Positions 49,965 through 60,424 of a stretch of 64,000 nt of DNA are shown in pieces (position 1 is the stretch's first letter; the number at the start of each line of letters is the position of its first letter). The position numbers and the translations under genes were made by a program. Origin of the DNA: a virus; IMG/VR virus record IMGVR_UViG_3300008267_000265, positions 1 through 64,000 of that record; one strand, written 5' to 3'. Below the pieces are notes generated by a model. The model was not told where the DNA came from. It made no database searches and saw only the letters and a list, made by a program, of their open reading frames with translations.

Positions 49965-50911
49965 GACTTACTTGCTGTTTCAATGATCTCTCTAACATAG
50001 TTATATGTGCAGCTATTAGAGCTATAATCTTCTTGTTGTATACTGTATGGTAGCTCAGTCATGTACAAACCCTTGTAAAACTTTCTACCGCAGTTACACA
50101 CAATACCTGCATTGTGAAAGATTGGACATTCATCCCATCTTTCAACCGGATCTGTTGCCCATGCAAAGTTTAGTTCTGGGACTACTTTGACTTCGTTACC
50201 TCTCAACCAGCTATTCCATAGCACTGCCCACATATCTGCACACCATATTTGCAGTTCATGGTAGTTAGGTTCTGTTTCTTTTACCTGGTAGTTTATTTTA
50301 TTAATCTCAAAAAACATAGTTTCAGCATCTCTTTCAACCTTATGCCAGTAGTCTGCATCAACATTTTTAAGAATGTATTGTGCACCTCCTGAGTGTGCGT
50401 TGTTTTGTTTAGGTATTTCCGGATCGATACCAACTATCTCACACATCTTTTCATAAACACCGTAGCCTTTTGACTGGATATACGTGTAGTTTATGTAGCT
50501 GTTTGTGTCGCTAACGTACCAAACATCGTCGTTTAGTAGATGATCAAAAGTAGGTTTTCGTGTAAATAGTGCATCACAGTCGTGATAATATATCGCAGCA
50601 TCCTTCAATTCAGGGTAAGCTTCAAAGTGCTGCTTCAAGATATTGGGGCGGACTGATGAAATGTAGTGAATTGGGTGTGGTCTTGTGTCTCTGTAGAAGT
50701 GAAAATTAACAGTTGTATAGTGCTTTTTTAATTTATCCCAAGCACTCACTGCTTCTTGAGTGTTGGTTCCGTCTATCGGATTCCAAGCAACTAGGATATC
50801 AATCTTACTTCCATCTATTCCATGCTTTAGGAAGTTGTTTATTGCAACTTCAACTTGCCATGCATAGTAGACTAGGCGTGGTTGAACGCACATGTACCGT
50901 AACTCTTTCAT
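49952..50911 (-). CDS. GT-A glycosyltransferase resembling peptide O-glycosyltransferases (GT95/GT96-like)
   Basis: RPNILKQHF, HDCD (DxD), GGAQY, WCADMWA. Confidence 0.55.
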   Translation of the reverse strand: MKELRYMCVQPRLVYYAWQVEVAINNFLKHGIDGSKIDILVAWNPIDGTNTQEAVSAWDKLKKHYTTVNFHFYRDTRPHPIHYISSVRPNILKQHFEAYPELKDAAIYYHDCDALFTRKPTFDHLLNDDVWYVSDTNSYINYTYIQSKGYGVYEKMCEIVGIDPEIPKQNNAHSGGAQYILKNVDADYWHKVERDAETMFFEINKINYQVKETEPNYHELQIWCADMWAVLWNSWLRGNEVKVVPELNFAWATDPVERWDECPIFHNAGIVCNCGRKFYKGLYMTELPYSIQQEDYSSNSCTYNYVREIIETASKSCLV

Positions 50912-50990
50912 AAACTATTTTATAATAAATAGCTTAGTATATATCTAAACGAAGAGCTATGTTGCTTTTAGTGTATTATATTTTTTGTTT

Positions 50991-53426
50991 TTATGTTATA
51001 GGATAATAGTTATTAGCCACTTCAGTAATATTAATTAGGGCTGATGCATATGTATAGGCACTTGGGTACAGTCCTGTAATGTTGGATGCTACTGACCCAC
51101 TTCCTATTAGCGTTGTACCACTAGATGGATCGGCTACTCCTTTCCATATAAATCTATAATATCGTGATCCATCTAAATTTAGTATACTGCTATAGTTAGT
51201 ACTTGTAACTGCGCCGTCAGGTGTGTATACCTCGTATATTCTATATGTAATCGGCATATCGCTCCAACCTATGTAACTTCCAGGTCTCGTTTGCATTCCC
51301 GTAACTATTACTTCACCAGCACTTACACCAACAGTTATTGATAGGTCTACTCTATAGACACCAGTAGTTGGTACATAAAATCCATCGCTACTATCGTATG
51401 TTATTCCTAATGAGTTTTGTATTTGTAATTGCGCTATAGCTTGATAGGTGTCTGCCGTGGTAAGATCCTGAGATGATGTACTGTATGCTGATATGTAGTA
51501 TGGATCGCGACTCGGCACTGCTGTTGATGCTGTAGCAAATACTTGTCCACTACTACTAATCATTAAAATGTTTGTTGGTAGTGTTACTGGTGTTTGTAGG
51601 TCTGGGAAATATATTGAGCCTGATAAATTAGTTGAGCCTGTTACCGTTAAATTATTTCTAAAGTTGCCATCACCGTCTACGTCAAAAGTATATGCTGAGG
51701 ATGTTGCTCCTACTATTAATTTAGATCCGTTTCCTCCAGTTTTAGTTCCAGATAGTGATGCACTAAGAGCTACTCTACCGTCATCAAAAATTGACAATAT
51801 ATCATTATAAGAGCCGAGTACGAGACCAGCTGTGTTTCTTTCTAAAGAATTAAATCTAACTCTATTTTGCGATTGAGTATTGCTACCAAACATCTGTATT
51901 TCAAATCCAGGATAGTAGGTTGAGGAGGCTGTTACATTACTATATCCAAATGCTATGGCAGCCCCTCCTGAGGTAAAGTTAGCAACTGATGTGTATACTC
52001 CCATCTTTAGGTCACCGTTTCTTTCACTAACTATATTCTCATATTGATTCGTAGCCATGCTACCTGCACCATTAATCGCTCTTAAAGAACCTGTTGCGTT
52101 TATTGATCCAGTCACTCTGTGTACGTCTGTTAGTGCGTTGCCTATTGTTACACCCGTTCCAGCCACAGCAAACTCTGTTATACTAGCGCTTGCAACAGTA
52201 AATACATTTCCTCCACCTATGTTTACACTGGCAGTTACTGACCCTGTTGCTATTTGCATTGGTGTTGTACTGACTACACTCAGCGCTGATGAAGCTGTTA
52301 TAAATAACTGTCCGCTATTATCCATCAGTACGACTTTATCGGCAGTATTTGAGTCTGTTAGGTTTGGAAATCCAACTGTACCGCTTACATGTAGCGTATA
52401 TAACGGTGTCCGAGTGCTGATACCAACTCTCGCACTTTGTACTGAACCTGAGAATGGATTTCCTGTGGTTGTACCGTATGATCCAGTTGCAAAGATCACA
52501 CCTCCTATGTTGATTGAGTTTCTAGATCCGCTTGGTAATGTAATGTTTGTACCGATGATGATGTTGTTGATGCCTACACTCCTCGGTCCCTGTGTAGCTT
52601 CGTAACCTGCGTAGTATCCTATGAAGGTCGAGTAGGATGCATTTATTGAGTACGCACCTGCGTTGTAGCCTATGAAGTTCGAGGATGATGCGGCAGAGGC
52701 ACTGTAACCTACCCCCGCTCCTATAAAATTTGAATAGTTTGCATTAATCGCTTTTTCACCTGCTCCGCTTCCGATGAAAGTCGAATAGGCTGCGTTTGTT
52801 GCTTGATATCCCGCTTGTGTTCCTATAAAAGTAGAATAAGATGCACTTACTGCTTGGTTTCCTGCAGAATTTCCTACAAAGTTTGAATTGTCTGCATGTC
52901 TTGCGTCGTTGCCCGTATTACTTCCTATAAAATTTGAGTTCGCTGCGTTAGTTGCTCCGAAACCTGCTAAGGCTCCTATAAAGTTTGAATTATACGCGTT
53001 CGTTGCTTGACGGCCTGCATTCAGACCTATAAAATTGGAATACTGGGCGTTTGTTGCACTTAGACCTGCTTGGTATCCTAGAAAGTTTGATATGTTTGCG
53101 TTTGTTGCATTACCACCCGCTTGATATCCTATAAAGTTTGACTCAGCTGCATTTGTTGCACCGTATCCAGCTCCTGTATTTAAAAACACTGAGTTGTTTG
53201 CTAGCGTTGCATTATACCCTGCATCTAGACCTAAGAAGATCGATTCCGTTGTATTAACGCCCGTGGTTGACGGGTCATATGAATATATTGTACTTCCAGT
53301 TGTTCGCACTGAACCTAATGGTCCTTCTAGAGCGTAGGATGCTGTACCGTGTAATGATCCTGTAAATCCTCTGGTTGCTATGATCGATCCTGTTAAGTCA
53401 ATTGATCCTGATAATATTAGTGGCAT
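50991..53426 (-). CDS. Fibre/adhesin with 17-aa SNFIGxxAGxxATNA repeats
   Basis: About 13 repeats, followed by a distinct C-terminal region. Confidence 0.7.
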   Translation of the reverse strand: MPLILSGSIDLTGSIIATRGFTGSLHGTASYALEGPLGSVRTTGSTIYSYDPSTTGVNTTESIFLGLDAGYNATLANNSVFLNTGAGYGATNAAESNFIGYQAGGNATNANISNFLGYQAGLSATNAQYSNFIGLNAGRQATNAYNSNFIGALAGFGATNAANSNFIGSNTGNDARHADNSNFVGNSAGNQAVSASYSTFIGTQAGYQATNAAYSTFIGSGAGEKAINANYSNFIGAGVGYSASAASSSNFIGYNAGAYSINASYSTFIGYYAGYEATQGPRSVGINNIIIGTNITLPSGSRNSINIGGVIFATGSYGTTTGNPFSGSVQSARVGISTRTPLYTLHVSGTVGFPNLTDSNTADKVVLMDNSGQLFITASSALSVVSTTPMQIATGSVTASVNIGGGNVFTVASASITEFAVAGTGVTIGNALTDVHRVTGSINATGSLRAINGAGSMATNQYENIVSERNGDLKMGVYTSVANFTSGGAAIAFGYSNVTASSTYYPGFEIQMFGSNTQSQNRVRFNSLERNTAGLVLGSYNDILSIFDDGRVALSASLSGTKTGGNGSKLIVGATSSAYTFDVDGDGNFRNNLTVTGSTNLSGSIYFPDLQTPVTLPTNILMISSSGQVFATASTAVPSRDPYYISAYSTSSQDLTTADTYQAIAQLQIQNSLGITYDSSDGFYVPTTGVYRVDLSITVGVSAGEVIVTGMQTRPGSYIGWSDMPITYRIYEVYTPDGAVTSTNYSSILNLDGSRYYRFIWKGVADPSSGTTLIGSGSVASNITGLYPSAYTYASALINITEVANNYYPIT

Positions 53427-53437
53427 CTGTTTTTATT

Positions 53438-55681
53438 TTATACTATTCTTATTGCTATAAAGTTTCCGCTTCTATATAACCCTCCTAACGGTACTCCACC
53501 TGCTGCGGCTGCAGTATCGTCTGCAAAATTCAAGCTTTGTGATACTTGTGTTAGTATTACCATGCCGTGATTGAATCTAGCAGATCCCGATACATCTAAT
53601 GATGCGCTTGGTGATACAATATTAATACCAACTCTACCGCCTGCTGATCCTGAGGATACAGTTGAGGTATTTGAATAGGACCCAGTTGCAAAGATCACAC
53701 CTCCTATGTTGATGGAGTTTCTAGATCCGCTTGGTAGGCTGATGTGGTTTCCAATTATAATGTTATTACTTCCTACTGTACGAATGGAATCTGTTGTTGA
53801 ACCTGCTTGATATCCTATTGCAATGTTATATGATGCGCTAGCTGCATAATAACCAGCAAATGTTCCTAAAAATACTGATCGAGATGCGAAGGTTGCATTG
53901 TTGCCTGCACCGTATCCGACAGCTGTTGTATTATCTGCTCCTGCAGCTTGTGTACCAGCAGAGTCCCCTACGAATGTTGAGAAGGATGCACTAAATGCTT
54001 GGAGGCCTGTATTTGTTCCTATGAAAACCGAGTTGTTTGCATTGGTTGCACCGTTTCCTGTGTTACCTCCTATAAAGCTTGAATTATACGAATTCGCTGC
54101 ATCATTCCCTGCACTACTTCCTATAAAGTTTGAATTGTATGCGTTCGTTGCTTGACCGCCTGCATTACTTCCTATGAAGTTTGAATTAGATGCGCTGTAA
54201 GCGGATATACCAGCAGCATATCCTATAAAGTTTGAGTAATACGCATTTACTGCACTCTGGCCTGTCTGACGTCCAATAAAATTTGAATGTGATGCGTTCG
54301 TTGCACTTCTACCTACATCGCTACCTATAAAGTTGGAGTATGATGCACTTGTTGCTTGTAAGCCGGTGGAATCTCCTATAAAGTTAGAATAAAATGCATT
54401 TGTCGATCCTGATCCAGCAGTTATTCCTATAAAATTAGAACCGCTGGCATTTGTTGCACCATACCCTGCATTAAATCCTAGGAAGTTTGATAGGATTGCA
54501 CTCACTGCTTGATATCCTGCATTTGTTCCTATGAAGCTCGAGCTGGCTGCGTTTGTTGCTTGAAAGCCTGCACTATTTCCTATAAAATTCGAGTTTGAGG
54601 CGCTTACTACTGATTGTGCTGCGTTTCGTCCTAAAAATATACCGTTTTGTGTATTTTGAGTTGAGAAAGTAGTTATCGATACCGGTGCTGTTGTGTATAT
54701 TGTACTACCTGTTACATTTATCGGATATGATGATGTTGTAGCAGTTGCTGTAGTTAGTGCATACGATGAGCTTACCGAATATGAACTAGTCAAAGCATAT
54801 GATGAGCTTACCGAATATGAGCTAGTCAAAGCGTACGATGAGCTTACCGAATATGAACTCGTTAGAGCGTATGAACTACTTAAAGCTGGATTTGTCGATG
54901 TGAATATTGAGCCAGTTACATAGCTAGCTGTGCCAAATAAAGATCCAGTTATTCCTTGGCTTACACTCAGCGATCCTGATATTACAGCTCCGCTGCCAGA
55001 TACAAGTAAACTGCCTGAAATGACTGCATCACCTGTGTAAGGAAAGGTTGGTGCTGCCACAAAAGCTGATGATGCTGTGTAGTAGACGTCTCCTGTCGTT
55101 TCGTCGTACACCAGTACATTATTAGCACCCGCGTTATCTAGATATCTAAAATTAACAGACCCGGTTACGCGTAGTGATCCGGTAAATTCATGTGTATTTG
55201 TTAGGAGGCTACCAAATCTTGATGAGCCTGTTACGTAGTCTACGCTCGATGTTACAAACTGTGTAAAGAGTGTAACTGTCGTTAGAGTACCGTTAATTAA
55301 GGCACTTGATGCTGTTATTGGTCCGTTTACATTTAGCGATCCAGTTATAGTAGCACCACTTCCTGATAGTCGTAGACTGCCTGTAATTACTGTATCTCTT
55401 AACCTTGTTGTTCCGTCTACATTTAGTGATCCAGTTATGGTAACACCGCTTCCCGATACTAATAAACTACCTGATATTACAGCATTTCCTACGTAGGGAA
55501 AAGTAGATATTCCACTACTATTTAGAGCATAGGACGCTGTAAATGCGTAACTACTGCTCAATACAGTCATTGAGCTCGTTTGAGCACTTGATATAAACGA
55601 GGATGATAGGTATAAAAAGTTATCATCCAGCTCCTGGTATGTGAGTGGTAATCCTTTGGTAAGTCTGAGTGTTAATGCCAT
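53438..55681 (-). CDS. Fibre/adhesin with 17-aa SNFIG repeats
   Basis: MALTLRLTKGLPLTYQELDDNF anchor; about 17 repeats; C-terminal AAAAGGVPLGGLYR. Confidence 0.7.
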   Translation of the reverse strand: MALTLRLTKGLPLTYQELDDNFLYLSSSFISSAQTSSMTVLSSSYAFTASYALNSSGISTFPYVGNAVISGSLLVSGSGVTITGSLNVDGTTRLRDTVITGSLRLSGSGATITGSLNVNGPITASSALINGTLTTVTLFTQFVTSSVDYVTGSSRFGSLLTNTHEFTGSLRVTGSVNFRYLDNAGANNVLVYDETTGDVYYTASSAFVAAPTFPYTGDAVISGSLLVSGSGAVISGSLSVSQGITGSLFGTASYVTGSIFTSTNPALSSSYALTSSYSVSSSYALTSSYSVSSSYALTSSYSVSSSYALTTATATTSSYPINVTGSTIYTTAPVSITTFSTQNTQNGIFLGRNAAQSVVSASNSNFIGNSAGFQATNAASSSFIGTNAGYQAVSAILSNFLGFNAGYGATNASGSNFIGITAGSGSTNAFYSNFIGDSTGLQATSASYSNFIGSDVGRSATNASHSNFIGRQTGQSAVNAYYSNFIGYAAGISAYSASNSNFIGSNAGGQATNAYNSNFIGSSAGNDAANSYNSSFIGGNTGNGATNANNSVFIGTNTGLQAFSASFSTFVGDSAGTQAAGADNTTAVGYGAGNNATFASRSVFLGTFAGYYAASASYNIAIGYQAGSTTDSIRTVGSNNIIIGNHISLPSGSRNSINIGGVIFATGSYSNTSTVSSGSAGGRVGINIVSPSASLDVSGSARFNHGMVILTQVSQSLNFADDTAAAAGGVPLGGLYRSGNFIAIRIV
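54765..54878. repeat. 36-bp tandem repeat, about 3 copies (SSSYALTSSYSV)
   Basis: GATGAGCTTACCGAATATGA recurs at 54765, 54801 and 54837. Confidence 0.85.
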
Positions 55682-55722
55682 TTTTTGTAGTTTCTTCCTA
55701 TATAAATATCACAACTACCTTA

Positions 55723-57552
55723 TTATAATTGTCCACCATCAATTAGATTCCAAGTAGCATCAGCTATTATGTTGTTTCTAGCTGTTGCTGCTGATGATGG
55801 ATATTGGATTGTTCCAAAGTTTACAGTCAGGTCTGGTTGTAGTTCTATTAATGACCAACTATTCAATATATCACCGTAATTAACTGCTGAGTAATTAGCT
55901 GATGTTTTACCAGCCATGAAGTTGATAAAGTTTCTAACGTTTGTAACATTCCAATTATTGATTGGTTGGTTGAAATTAGTAGCGTTTTGGAACATAGACT
56001 CCATGTTTGTAACAAATGCTACTTCCCATATAGCTGTGTTAGGGGTTGTATTGATTGGTTGATTGAAGCTAGTAGCATTCTTAAACATATAGCTCATGTT
56101 AGTTACTCTCAATGTATTCCAAGTTGATATACTATAGTTGAAAGCAGTTGCGTCTTCAAACATATGCGACATGTCAGTAACCAGCTCAGTATTCCACGTT
56201 GATAACGGTCTGTTAAATACAGTTGCACCGTTAAACATGTAAGACATATCTGTTACTTTAGCTACGTTCCATGCTCCTACCGGACTATTGTATAAAGGCG
56301 TATCTTGGAACATAGCTTTCATTGTAGTAACATTGTTAGTATACCAAGTTGCTACATCACCTAGGACAGCTCCAAAATTTGCTGCACCGCTAAACATATA
56401 AGACATGTCTGTTACATCGGTTGTAGTCCAGCTTGTCAAATCTTGATCAAACGAAGCTGCTGCACTGAACATACCTGACATGTTTGTTACATTGCTCACA
56501 TTCCAATTGCCAATGCTTTGATTAAAGAGACTAGCTCCTCTAAACATATCGCTCATATTTGTCACGTTTGCTAGCGTCGATCCAACTCTCTCCCAATTAG
56601 ATAGTGCTCTGTTAAAGGAGCTAGCACCTTGGAACATCCCTGCCATGTTTTGAACATTTGTGACATTCCAGTTTGGTAGTATTGTGTTAAATGTAGTAGC
56701 GAACGCAAACATGTATGACATATCTCTAACAAGACTGGTATCCCAGCTGTTAAGGATTTGATTGAATACCATTGCGTTGTAGAACATATATGACATGTCT
56801 TTAACCCTACTCGTATTCCAGCCACTAACATCGTCGTCAAACTGTTCACAGTTCTTGAACATACTTGCCATGTTTGTCACTCTAATTGTATTCCAACTAG
56901 TAATATTAGCAATTGTTGTGAGACTTATGCAGTCCTCAAACATTCCACTCAAGTTCGTTGTATTCCCTAAAATAAGTGTGTCCGTTACTGCTGATAAATC
57001 TAGATTGGTACACCCTTTAAAGTAATTTCCATCATTTCCTAATCTAAGTGGTCCCCACTCTAGTATACTTGTTAATTTTCTCTCACTAACGCTTATGTTC
57101 CAGCCAATACCATTAATTACTCCGTAAATTTGAACAGTGTATGTGCCCGCTACCACGTATGTATGAAAGGCGTCCGTATCATTCCAAGTTGTCACATTTA
57201 CGACTGGGCTTCCGTCGCCCCAATCAACGTAAAAGTCATATGTACCGTTGCTTGTAAGTGGTAAGCTAATTTGTTCGTAAGGGACCGTTGTTGTCCACGT
57301 ACTTCTGAAATACTGTATAGGTATTGGTATGTCTTGGTAGTTATCACATGTTGCATTTGTTGATTGAACTCTAACTGAGACAGCACTTCTTGGTACTTGT
57401 ACTGTAAAACCACTACCTAAAAAACCACTTGGTGGTACACCTATTGCTAGTAGCATTAGATTTCCATTTGCATCCACGGAATATACGTCGAACGGTCCTG
57501 TTCCAAGACCATTGGCTGTTAATTGTACTTGTACTGTATAATACTGTGCCAT
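55723..57552 (-). CDS. PKD-like domain plus DUF285/BspA-type repeat surface protein
   Basis: VDWGDGS; about 13 repeats of W(N/D)T..V..M..MF. Confidence 0.85.
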   Translation of the reverse strand: MAQYYTVQVQLTANGLGTGPFDVYSVDANGNLMLLAIGVPPSGFLGSGFTVQVPRSAVSVRVQSTNATCDNYQDIPIPIQYFRSTWTTTVPYEQISLPLTSNGTYDFYVDWGDGSPVVNVTTWNDTDAFHTYVVAGTYTVQIYGVINGIGWNISVSERKLTSILEWGPLRLGNDGNYFKGCTNLDLSAVTDTLILGNTTNLSGMFEDCISLTTIANITSWNTIRVTNMASMFKNCEQFDDDVSGWNTSRVKDMSYMFYNAMVFNQILNSWDTSLVRDMSYMFAFATTFNTILPNWNVTNVQNMAGMFQGASSFNRALSNWERVGSTLANVTNMSDMFRGASLFNQSIGNWNVSNVTNMSGMFSAAASFDQDLTSWTTTDVTDMSYMFSGAANFGAVLGDVATWYTNNVTTMKAMFQDTPLYNSPVGAWNVAKVTDMSYMFNGATVFNRPLSTWNTELVTDMSHMFEDATAFNYSISTWNTLRVTNMSYMFKNATSFNQPINTTPNTAIWEVAFVTNMESMFQNATNFNQPINNWNVTNVRNFINFMAGKTSANYSAVNYGDILNSWSLIELQPDLTVNFGTIQYPSSAATARNNIIADATWNLIDGGQL

Positions 57553-57572
57553 TTAGAGTTTAATTAGTTTTA

Positions 57573-59312
57573 TTAACAGACGATATCAACAAAGCCTTGA
57601 CTTGGACATGGGTGACTACCTTGAACACCTGCTCTTTCAGCATTGTATGTTGGTCCAGTAGCTCCCCCCTCTAGTTGAGCTAATCCAAAGCTAGTACATA
57701 CAAATGGCTCTGTAATAGGTGTAGTAGATCTCACTATAAACTGATCTCCATATGATTCACAGTTCTCTGAGTCGAATTGCCTTGCGTTATAATAATAATA
57801 TAGTATGCCACTAGTAGTCGTTGTAGTTGTTGTACTTGTCGTAGTTGTTGTTGTACCGGTTGGGCATGGTCCTTGTGGTGTTGCTGAACCGAAGCCACTT
57901 AATCTTACTACGGTTCCTGTTCTAGCACAAACAAATTTAGGAGATGCTGTAGAATTGACAGTTATAGGTAGTAGGTCGTTTTTATCACAATCTCTGTACT
58001 GGAAGGTTGTCTGTGCGAACGGTGATGCTAATCTATAGTAGGTACATGTCACTGCTGCAGTAGTCGTTGTAGTCGTTGTACTTGTTGTTGTTGTTGTTGT
58101 AGTTGGCGGTGCAGTAGTCGTTGTAGTTGTTGTACTTGTTGTTGTTGTCGTTGTTGTAGTTGGTACTATAACACTACCTGCTAAGAAACAATCTGCTATA
58201 CAGCCTATTCCCGATAATAGACTAACGTTAAATAGTATTGGATCGTAATTTATTTCGTTGTTGCAAACGCAGACTTCTATTTGATTATCATCATTCGTTA
58301 ATTGGACCGTTTCTGTATTGCCCGTACTACACGCAGTGTATGTAAATGTTGCTGCAGTAGGTCCTAGATACTGTACGTAATATGTTCTACATATACACGG
58401 ATCAGGTGTCACTGTAATAGTTACTCTACCACGATTACTTGTTAGTAGGCAGCCCTCGTTGAAAGTACTATCTACAGTATAATCTACTGTGTAAGTTCCA
58501 ATTGTTGTTGAATTGAGTGTGATAGTGCCATCTAAATTGTTCGTAAATAACGGTGCATTACTTCCATATAGTACTACTGAGGATGGTACTATTGTGCCAC
58601 TCCCTGCTATATCGTTTGCTATAACGTTAATTGTTTTTGGAACAGTTGATTTTGCATATGTTCCAAAATCTGGTATTGCAGTCGGTGCTATAGGGAATAC
58701 ATTCTGATAATTAGGGTTTGTTATTACTGCAAATCCTTGTTTATATAAGACATTACCTACGTGCGTTACTGGACCGTATACATACCAATCTGTAAATTCA
58801 GGTACGTAGGCTTGCTGTATAACGTATGGAAGTGCTGATATATCCAACAAGTTACCGTTTCCATCGTCTACAATAACACCCAGTGATGAGCTAGCCCAGA
58901 AGCCGTATCTTGAGATTTGTTGACCGAATACGTTTCTAGGGATTGATATTGCAATAATGCTATCTCCTGATCCTGTTGGAAAATTTCTTATATCTGCATC
59001 CTCTGTTCCGAATGCTGCTGACGATTGTAGTGAATTATCAAAGCTGGATGTGGTGGTTAGATAGGAGCCTGATAGTTGTGCGGTAGTTACTGACCCAGTG
59101 AGGTAGTTTGAATAAAAAAGTTGCCTGATTGATCTGTAAATCAGCGTCTCTTCAGGCACTGACCCTGTTACTGTCACAGCTCCATTAACTCCTTTGTAAA
59201 CCGCTATACCTACTCCAGGTGCTGTATTGCAGTCGTATGAAGAAGTATACTTTAGTTTAATTGGAGTAGTTATAACATCTGATACCCTAAGGCTATTTGA
59301 CGATCTACTCAT
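57573..59312 (-). CDS. Baseplate-associated protein with Ig-like domain, Cys-rich modules and poly-Thr linkers
   Basis: ISIPRNVFG...VDDGNGNL...VGNVLY N-terminal domain; PTAIPD...NVIAND Ig-like domain; three T(6-9)ST(7) tracts. Confidence 0.65.
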   Translation of the reverse strand: MSRSSNSLRVSDVITTPIKLKYTSSYDCNTAPGVGIAVYKGVNGAVTVTGSVPEETLIYRSIRQLFYSNYLTGSVTTAQLSGSYLTTTSSFDNSLQSSAAFGTEDADIRNFPTGSGDSIIAISIPRNVFGQQISRYGFWASSSLGVIVDDGNGNLLDISALPYVIQQAYVPEFTDWYVYGPVTHVGNVLYKQGFAVITNPNYQNVFPIAPTAIPDFGTYAKSTVPKTINVIANDIAGSGTIVPSSVVLYGSNAPLFTNNLDGTITLNSTTIGTYTVDYTVDSTFNEGCLLTSNRGRVTITVTPDPCICRTYYVQYLGPTAATFTYTACSTGNTETVQLTNDDNQIEVCVCNNEINYDPILFNVSLLSGIGCIADCFLAGSVIVPTTTTTTTTSTTTTTTTAPPTTTTTTTSTTTTTTTAAVTCTYYRLASPFAQTTFQYRDCDKNDLLPITVNSTASPKFVCARTGTVVRLSGFGSATPQGPCPTGTTTTTTSTTTTTTTSGILYYYYNARQFDSENCESYGDQFIVRSTTPITEPFVCTSFGLAQLEGGATGPTYNAERAGVQGSHPCPSQGFVDIVC

Positions 59313-59324
59313 TATATTTTTTTA

Positions 59325-60410
59325 TTACCAGTCTAACTTAACTCTGATTAAAGCTTCTTTTGTGAAATCCTTAACTAAAGGTTTAGATAATTTTGCTACT
59401 GCTAGTAGCTCTGTGTTATCATTATACATACCTATAGTTGTAATATATGTCTGTGGACTGAATACCATTGTATCAAACAATACGTTACCTGATCCTGAAG
59501 TGAAGCTTGGGTTTGATGAGTAATTATAGTCTCCGTTTGCCACTCTTACAAATACGTAATCTGATGAAATAGTTTCTTCCGAGTTCAGTTGAAAGTATCC
59601 AGCAGTATTTAACGCATTATATAGTACTGTGTTATTTGTTGAGGTATATGATGCTGATGCGTTGAACGAAACTACTCCGTAATTTCTAGTATCGTTTTGG
59701 AAGGCGATTCCTCCTGATACTGCTGATAATTTAAGAGCACCTACGTTAAGAATAATTGTACCTATGTCAGGTAAGAACAAGCCATATGATCCAGACGCTG
59801 TGTAGCCTGGAGCTATTTGATTAGCTGCGGCTGTTGCTGCAGCGTTTCCGTAGGAACCTGATACTATATTGAAAACTCTACCACAGTCTAAGTAGCTTAC
59901 TACTGTTGTATCTCTACTATCATCACATAGTTGTATCTTTGTTCCGGTTGGACCTGTAAGTTGTAAGTTAAAAGTTCCTGGGAATAGGCTGCCTTTATAT
60001 CTATTTCTTTCGACGTTAAGTGCATAGATCTCAGGAGCTTGTGTAGATGCACCACCAAAATTAAAGCCTTGAGAGCCTGATAACTCAGGTCCGTATATCA
60101 AGGTTTTATACTGCTTATAAGTTGATAAAGACGGTGACACTCCCGGTACTAGTTGATTATATAGGATCGATCCAGACCCGTTAATATTACCGTAAGCAAT
60201 TGCGAATTGTACGGCTGATCCGTTAGTTCCTATTGGTAATTGGTATACGTTTAAGTAGAAGGCTCCGGCTGTAATGGTTGTACTTGGTAGCGGAGGTGCT
60301 ACATTAAAATTACCAGGAGTTAGTACTGTAAGGTTAGTACTCCAGGCAGGAGCTGTTACAGAATCAGAGCTTATTACAAAGTCTGTTGGAGCGAATCTTG
60401 TAAATGACAT
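59325..60410 (-). CDS. Baseplate wedge-like structural protein
   Basis: YGLFLPDIGTIILN...YITTIGMYNDNTELLAVAKLSKP. Confidence 0.65.
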   Translation of the reverse strand: MSFTRFAPTDFVISSDSVTAPAWSTNLTVLTPGNFNVAPPLPSTTITAGAFYLNVYQLPIGTNGSAVQFAIAYGNINGSGSILYNQLVPGVSPSLSTYKQYKTLIYGPELSGSQGFNFGGASTQAPEIYALNVERNRYKGSLFPGTFNLQLTGPTGTKIQLCDDSRDTTVVSYLDCGRVFNIVSGSYGNAAATAAANQIAPGYTASGSYGLFLPDIGTIILNVGALKLSAVSGGIAFQNDTRNYGVVSFNASASYTSTNNTVLYNALNTAGYFQLNSEETISSDYVFVRVANGDYNYSSNPSFTSGSGNVLFDTMVFSPQTYITTIGMYNDNTELLAVAKLSKPLVKDFTKEALIRVKLDW

Positions 60411-60424
60411 ATTATATTATATTA

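Noticed and set aside
52483-53736. Diversity-generating retroelement TR/VR pair
   Set aside because: Both copies are coding, differ by one non-adenine change, and no reverse transcriptase is in the window
54765-58161. CRISPR-like arrays
   Set aside because: The repeats are in-frame coding repeats (36-nt unit, poly-Thr) without unique spacers
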